Below, in pieces: positions 58,456-64,000 of a stretch of DNA of 64,000 bases. This DNA is from an uncultured delta proteobacterium (GTDB lineage Bacteria; Desulfobacterota; Binatia; DP-6), in NCBI GenBank assembly GCA_963815115.1, contig CAWFFN010000007.1, forward strand, positions 1,173,147-1,237,146, written 5' to 3'. Both the position numbers and the translations under genes were made by a program. The notes under the pieces are model-generated. The model worked only from the letters and a program-made list of their open reading frames with translations, ran no database searches and had not been told where the DNA came from. Numbering within the stretch: position 1 is the first letter of the stretch; every line of letters begins with the position of its first letter.

Positions 58456-58662
58456 GCGAGCCTCGATCCGGCACGTGCTCCTCCGGTACCGCCGCCCAGC
58501 GCTCAGTTCGCCGACTTGTGGTGGCGGCGCGTCAAAGGGCCAGCTACCGCTGATGGCTGAAACAAGGGCCTTGCTCCGCGAGGGTTGATGGAAACGCCTC
58601 GAAGGCGGACGTTCGCTGGGACCCCTACCTCCGGATCGAGTTCCTCTCCGAGCTGTGCAGCG

Positions 58663-58836
58663 TCACGCGGCGATGTTGAGGGAGGTTGTGGCCAAGGTCT
58701 TCTCGCGGAGTTGGATCGCCGGGCTCGTGACGGTGTAGCCGAGCTCACTGCGGCATCCACCGCACATCGGCGGCTCGTACGGGTTGGCCGTGAGGCGCGC
58801 GCCGCACACGGGGCATGGCCGCATCGTCGTCGTCAT
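58663..58836 (-). CDS. Small putative zinc-ribbon protein
   Basis: GGAG RBS; CPVC-x13-CGGC; 57 aa. Confidence 0.35.
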   Translation of the reverse strand: MTTTMRPCPVCGARLTANPYEPPMCGGCRSELGYTVTSPAIQLREKTLATTSLNIAA

Positions 58837-59125
58837 GGCACGTCTCCGAAATCGGTCTCGGCGCCGGTCGAACTCGTCGCCGGGCCGTCGTTCCGCTGTC
58901 CTCGGTGGTTCCCTTCGCTGCTCGACACCCTCGATTACGCAGACGATACGAAGGTTGGTGTCGTGGCGCGGTCTGATTGCGGCGTTCTTATCCATGCGAT
59001 TTTGCAACTCATTCCGCCTACGCAAGGCGCGACGACCTACGCTCCAGCGGCCTGCGGCCGTCCGCCGCGTCGACGGTGCGTGCTGAGGAAGAGCGAACGG
59101 CGTGCCAACGAGCTATCGTAACTGA

Positions 59126-60065
59126 ATGACCACCGTTAGGTGCGCTCCTGCTGGGCACCCTGCTCCCGCTGGCCCCGCCCCTCCCAAGCCGCGCCGCCTG
59201 CCGCCACGGTGCTGCCACGCTGCGCTGCGTGGCCCGGCGGGCCCATGTGCGCGTCGGGGTGGGCTATACCTACCAACCCGAGAAGCCCGACGAGGCGACC
59301 CTCGTGGTCCACGAATTCGACGCGCTGACACTCGAGGGCGAGCTCCTCTGGAGCGTCGTTCATCCTGAGGCAACCCGGTGGAACTTCGCGCCCGCGGATC
59401 GCGCCGTAGCCTGGGCGGCGCGCCATGGACTCTACGTCACCGCCACGCATTTCGTGTGGGACCAAATCGTCTACGCGAGTACGCCCGCGTGGGTCAAAGC
59501 GATCGACGACCCCGAGCAGTTGCGCGCCGGAATGCGCCAGCACCTCGCGACGATCACCCATCGATACGGGCGGCGTGTGCGGCGCTGGATCGTGGTAAAC
59601 GAGCCCCTCCGCTACTTCGGCGACACGGCGACCATCCAAGACAACCACTTCAGCCGCGTCCTTGGTCCCAAGTGGATCGCGGAGTCGTTCCGGATTGCCC
59701 ACCGGGCCGCGCCCCACGCCTCGCTGTGGTTGAACGAGATCTTCACCGAGACCGACGCGCGGAAGGCGCAGGCGCTCGTCGAGCTCGCCCGGACGCTCGT
59801 CGCCGCCCACGTCCCGATCGACGGCGTGGGATTCCAGGGCCATCTCTTCACGCCGTTGCTCCAGCCCGCCGCGCCCGACGCGACGAGCATCGCGGACGCG
59901 ATGCGCGCCATCGCCACCCTCGGCCTCCACGTGGCCCTCACGGAGGTCGATGCACCGACCTTCCCCGACACCCCCGACCGGCTTGCCGAGCAGGCCCGGC
60001 GGGTCCGCGCGCTCGTGGAGGCGTGCCTCGCGGTGCGACGCAAGCTACGGCTAGCGATCACCTAG
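59126..60065 (+). pseudogene. GH10 endo-1,4-beta-xylanase, frameshifted signal region and truncated C-terminus
   Basis: HFVW, WIVVNEP (acid/base), IDGVGFQGH, VALTEVD (nucleophile); ends before the last barrel strand. Confidence 0.75.
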
Positions 60066-60404
60066 CCCATCATCAGGTAGAAGACCGTCGAGCCGCGCGG
60101 ATACGACGATGAAGCCGACTCCCGCATCGACAAGCACTGAGTCATGATTTCAGCCAGCCATTGGCTCCTGCACGCCCAGCTGTCCTCCACATCGACTACA
60201 CAATCGGCGAGCGCGATCTCTTCGATGAAGTGCTGCCGACCCATCACGGCGCCAGCTGATCTGCAACGCGCAGGCCATCAGCCCCTGCGACAGGGGGCGC
60301 AACCACGCTTCGCAGCAACGGGAATTCTCGCGGCTCCAGTTGCCAGGCACGAGACCTGCCCTCCGGCTGGATACGCTATCGGCCCCCCAGGCCGAGAGGC
60401 CGAG

Positions 60405-60421
60405 CTGGCATGGTCCTTGCT
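60405..60421 (+). promoter_or_regulatory. sigma54 -24/-12 promoter (copy C)
   Basis: CTGGCATGGTCCTTGCT, close to the consensus YTGGCACG-N4-TTGCW; conserved in copy A. Confidence 0.72.
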
Positions 60422-60435
60422 CCTCACTCCATGAC

Positions 60436-61212
60436 ATGGACGCCCGGACGCGTGGCGAGCTGGTGAACGTGCTGCGGCGCAAGCGGGCGGCGCTTCTGAA
60501 GGAGTTCCTCGACGCTGAGGCCGATCTCCGATCGATCGCGGAGGAGCGCGAGGCGGAACTCGAGGAGCGCGTACAGGGCGAGCGCGCCGCCCGCATCCTT
60601 TCTCGCCTGGACGATCGCAGCCTGCGGGAAATGCAGGCGATCCACGCCGCCCTGCAACGGATGATCGATGGGACCTACGGCAAGTGCCCCAACTGCGGCC
60701 GTACGATTCCCCTGGCTCGCCTCCGGGCGGTTCCGGCCGCTCTCTTCTGCGTGGAGTGCGCACGCGAGGCGGAGGGGACCGGGAGTGAAGCGCCTGCAAC
60801 GGCCGATCCTCGCCACCCGGGCCGCCTACCCCCGGACCTCGAGCCACTCCTGGATCGTGAAGTCGAAAGAGTACTGCGGGATCTCGTCCGTCAGGATGGC
60901 CGCGTCGACATGCACGAGCTCCGGATCGTGTGCCGTCACGGCGTGGTACATCTCCAGGGCGCCGTCCCGAGCGAAGCTGCGCACCAGATCCTCCTGAGGC
61001 TCGTGACCGACGTCGCGGGTTGCGAGGAGGTCGCCGATCGCATGCAGGTGAACGAATTCCTCCGGGAGCGGCCCCACCGTGACCAACCGGAACCCTCCGA
61101 ACGCGTGCGGCCGGGGGAGTTCGCGCCCATTGGTACTGAGGACATCATCGAGAGCACCGAGCAAGGGCTGGACTATGTGCCGCCCGACCGCCCGCCGTCG
61201 GAGGAAGAATGA
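60436..61212 (+). CDS. TraR/DksA C4 zinc finger - BON domain fusion (intact copy C)
   Basis: Coiled coil, ALQRMIDGTYGKCPNCGRTIPLARLRAVPAALFCVECA, BON-like LDREVE...GVVHLQGAVPS...VAGCEEVADRMQV, acidic tail YVPPDRP. Confidence 0.88.
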   Translation: MDARTRGELVNVLRRKRAALLKEFLDAEADLRSIAEEREAELEERVQGERAARILSRLDDRSLREMQAIHAALQRMIDGTYGKCPNCGRTIPLARLRAVPAALFCVECAREAEGTGSEAPATADPRHPGRLPPDLEPLLDREVERVLRDLVRQDGRVDMHELRIVCRHGVVHLQGAVPSEAAHQILLRLVTDVAGCEEVADRMQVNEFLRERPHRDQPEPSERVRPGEFAPIGTEDIIESTEQGLDYVPPDRPPSEEE

Positions 61213-61231
61213 GCGACACGAGGAGGGACCG

Positions 61232-61711
61232 ATGCCGATCCTCACAAAGCTGAAGGACTTCCTCGACGCGAACCACGTCGTCTACGACGTCCGTTCGCAC
61301 CAGCGCGCACTCACCGCCCAGGAGGTGGCCGCAGCCCAGCACGTCCGGGGGCGGGAGGTCGCGAAGGTGGTCATGCTGCGCGCCGGTGACGAGTACGTGA
61401 TGGCCGTGCTGCCGGCACCCCACCATGTCGACATCGCGCGCTTGGGCGACGCGACCGGGAAGCACGACCTCCGGCTCGCGACCGAGGCGCAATTCGCCGG
61501 ACTCTTTCCGGGCTGCGAGCCGGGCGCCATGCCGCCGTTCGGAAACCTGTACGGGGTGCCGGTCTGGGTCGACAGATCGCTCACGCAGGACGAGGACATC
61601 TTCTTCAACGCCGGCAATCACGAGCAGACGGTTCATCTCGCCTATGCCGACTTCGCTCGTCTGGTCCAGCCGAGGATCGCGTCTTTCGGCATGGGGCGGC
61701 CAGTCGAGTGA
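61232..61711 (+). CDS. YbaK/EbsC family aminoacyl-tRNA deacylase (intact copy C)
   Basis: GAGGAGG RBS; TAQEVAA, VAKVV, MAVLPA, GAMPPFGNLYG, FNAGNH. Confidence 0.9.
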   Translation: MPILTKLKDFLDANHVVYDVRSHQRALTAQEVAAAQHVRGREVAKVVMLRAGDEYVMAVLPAPHHVDIARLGDATGKHDLRLATEAQFAGLFPGCEPGAMPPFGNLYGVPVWVDRSLTQDEDIFFNAGNHEQTVHLAYADFARLVQPRIASFGMGRPVE

Positions 61712-61736
61712 GCGCGTTCGATTGAAGGGAGCAGCG

Positions 61737-62168
61737 ATGGCGAAAAGCAGCGGCCCGGTGAAGCGAGGGGCGATGGCGAAAAGGAGTGTGCCGGCGAAGC
61801 GAGGGGCGATGGTGAAAAGGAGCGCGCCGATGTCGCAGGAGGCACGGGCCGCCTATCGCGAGATCCGGAAGGGGCTCGATCACCTGGCGCGGTCGATCAA
61901 GGAGATCCGGATTGGGCTGCGCAAGACCGAGCGGAGGATCGAGGCGGACGCCCGGGGACGGATTCGCGCGTTGCGCGCGGAGGCCCGGGCCCAGCTCGCG
62001 GTGTTGCAATCGCGGCAGGGCGAGGCGGCCCGCCGGCTCCGGCGGCTCGCGGGTGCTGCCGGCGGCTCGTGGCAGGAGATCAAGCAGGCGGCCGACCGCG
62101 CCCTGGCCGACGCGCGCACGGTTGCACAGTCCGTGGCGACCCGCTTCCAGGAGGCGCTCCAGAAGTGA
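61737..62168 (+). CDS. Basic coiled-coil stress protein with N-terminal 12-aa repeats (copy C)
   Basis: MAKSSGPVKRGA-MAKRSVPAKRGA-MVKRSA; near-identical to 41859-42290. Confidence 0.75.
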   Translation: MAKSSGPVKRGAMAKRSVPAKRGAMVKRSAPMSQEARAAYREIRKGLDHLARSIKEIRIGLRKTERRIEADARGRIRALRAEARAQLAVLQSRQGEAARRLRRLAGAAGGSWQEIKQAADRALADARTVAQSVATRFQEALQK

Positions 62169-62346
62169 GCCGCTTGACTTGCTCCCGGAAGCGTGCCGGT
62201 CCAGTTCGTGCCGATGGTCGTCGGGCCGTGAACCGGCCGCTCGGCACGCGTCCGGGAGCGGCGCTTCAAACAGAAGCGCGCGATCCTGGGACCATTGCGG
62301 GTGTCCGCGATGCGCCGGTAGCATGGCGGCAGTACGGGAGGGAAGC

Positions 62347-62742
62347 ATGCGCTACATCGTCGCAGCCGTGGCAATCTTGCTGGTTGTCATCTGCGCGATC
62401 GGGGTGCTCGCGCCGGAGCGCCTGACCGCCGTCGTGGCCGGCTGGCCGCCGGACACGCGCCTCTACGTGGCCGTGGGGACCCGCCTGGTGCTGGGTGTGA
62501 TCTTCATCCTCGGCGCCTCGAGGTGCCGCATCCCCGCTGTCATCTATGGGGTCGGCATCCTCGCGCTGGCCGCGGCGCTCCTGCTCGTGCTCCTCGGCGA
62601 GCCCCGGGTCGACGCGCTGGTGCACTGGTGGGCCCAGCTGCCGGCAGTCGCCGTCCGCGCCTGGTGCGCCCTGGCCGCGCTCGTGGGCGTGCTGATCCTG
62701 TACGCCGCGCTGCCGGAGCCCGGCTCCGACAGGGCGGCCTGA
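62347..62742 (+). CDS. Small 4-TM membrane protein
   Basis: GGAGG RBS; four hydrophobic segments. Confidence 0.7.
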   Translation: MRYIVAAVAILLVVICAIGVLAPERLTAVVAGWPPDTRLYVAVGTRLVLGVIFILGASRCRIPAVIYGVGILALAAALLLVLLGEPRVDALVHWWAQLPAVAVRAWCALAALVGVLILYAALPEPGSDRAA

Positions 62743-62766
62743 CGGGGACATACACGCTCAGTACCT

Positions 62767-63351
62767 TCTCGCCCGTCGGAGTTCCCGTTTTCGGCGAGTC
62801 TCCTCGACACGATCTCGGTGTACGAGGCAGTCCTGGCGGCGGGCGTGCCCGCCGAGCGGCTGTTCGTTGCCGGCGACTCGGGTGGCGGAAACCTGGTAAC
62901 CTCCCTGCTGGTCGAGGCCCGTCGCCGCCAGTTGGCGAGGCCGACGGGTCTGATCCTGTTCTCCCCCGAGATCAGCATGGCATGCGACGAGCCTTCGATC
63001 ACGCAGAACGCCGACCGTGACATCCTGCCGTGGAACATGCCGGTGCGACCCTACCTGCACGGGCTCGACCCGCACGACGCGCGCGTATCGGCGATCGATG
63101 CCGATCTGCGTGGCCTCCCTCCGACATTCGTCGCCTACGGCGGCGACGAGATGTTCCGCGATCCGATCCGACGCTTGCTGATCCTGCACGGCGACCGCGA
63201 CGTGCTCGTCCCGGTCGAGAACGCCCACGTGCTGGCGCGGCGTATTCCCGGCGCCCGGCTGCACATCGTATCCGACGCGGGCCACGGCTACCCGGCGCAG
63301 GACCCGGTGGGGACACATCAGCTGGTGACGGATTTCTTCCGGGCGAACTGA
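62767..63351 (+). pseudogene. In-frame chimera of two alpha/beta hydrolase fragments
   Basis: HSL-type VAGDSGGG...LRGLPPTFV..GGDEMFRD fused near 63175 to LILHGDRDVLVP...IPGARL...AGHG of a different family; no N-terminus. Confidence 0.6.
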
Positions 63352-63411
63352 AGCCGCGCGCTCACCGGGCCGGCGGCATCCGGAGAGAATTCATCGGCCC
63401 GCTTTCCCGCC

Positions 63412-64000
63412 TCAGCCGAGCTTCGCGGCGATCCCGCGCAGCACACGCTGGATCGGGTAGCGTTCCGGATCGGTCTCGCGTACCTCGCGGAGCCGCTGGA
63501 TGTCGCGCTCGACCGCGCTCTTGACCTGCGTGCGGAGCGCGAAACAGGCCTCCGCATCCTCGTACCTCCCGAGGAAGCGATCCGTCGGGATGGGCTCGCT
63601 GAAAAGGAAGTACTGGCGCTCGATCCGCGGCAGTCCGCCCGGACCGGTGCCGCGGGCCACGGGCGGCAGGATCTCACCGTGGCGGAACCAGGGGCGCTCC
63701 GTGATGCCGAGTGACCGAAGGAGGTGTCCGACCGGCGAGCTCAGCAGGTCGTCGGCATCGAGGACGATCTCGAACATGTCCTCGACTCCCACCGAGGCGA
63801 ACGGAGCGATGGGGACGCCGTACTGGATCGCGAGTCGCGCGAAGCCGACGCGTTCCTTCCACACCAGTTTGTACTTCTCGCCCTTGTGCTTGAAGACCTC
63901 GCGTCCGCCGCCGGGGAAGACGAGCACGGCTTCACCGGCCTCGAAGAGGCGCCCGCAGTTCTCGCGGGTTCCGCGCACCGCCCCGAGCCGCGTGAGGAGC
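63412..64000 (-). CDS. Lysophospholipid/diacylglycerol acyltransferase (5' end beyond window)
   Basis: GAVRGTRENC, VLVFPGGGREV, YKLVWKERVGFARLA..GVPIAPFASVG. Confidence 0.85.
   Translation of the reverse strand, partial: LLTRLGAVRGTRENCGRLFEAGEAVLVFPGGGREVFKHKGEKYKLVWKERVGFARLAIQYGVPIAPFASVGVEDMFEIVLDADDLLSSPVGHLLRSLGITERPWFRHGEILPPVARGTGPGGLPRIERQYFLFSEPIPTDRFLGRYEDAEACFALRTQVKSAVERDIQRLREVRETDPERYPIQRVLRGIAAKLG

Overview
GC-rich bacterial window with Cys-rich secreted proteins and Thr-rich linkers. These suggest a Candidatus Binatia/Deltaproteobacteria-like soil organism, which is an inference. The first ~5.2 kb is the distal end of a contractile-injection-system (eCIS) locus: a tail-associated protein, a DUF6519 protein, a membrane protein, a DUF4157 protein with a Cys-rich HExxH C-terminal extension, and an exported partner. 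The rest is a heavily rearranged accessory region. Intact genes include a di-heme peroxidase, secreted LamG and lipase proteins, GH144/LOG/GH94 beta-1,2-glucan genes, an atypical GrpE-Hsp70 pair, CoA-transferases, enoyl-CoA hydratases, an amidohydrolase and arsM. They are interspersed with more than 20 short fragments of unrelated genes, IS110/IS3/IS630 and tyrosine-integrase remnants, and two tRNA-3'-end att scars. A sigma54-type stress module (DksA-BON, YbaK, basic coiled-coil protein) occurs in three partial copies. The most unusual intact gene is a 1219-aa protein (46077-49736, minus) fusing a kinase-like domain, a GH13-type beta-sandwich, a PPP metallophosphatase, a HAD-like domain and a glucoamylase-type C-terminal module. 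All assignments come from motif recognition by eye; no searches were run. Several single-base frameshifts may be sequencing errors.
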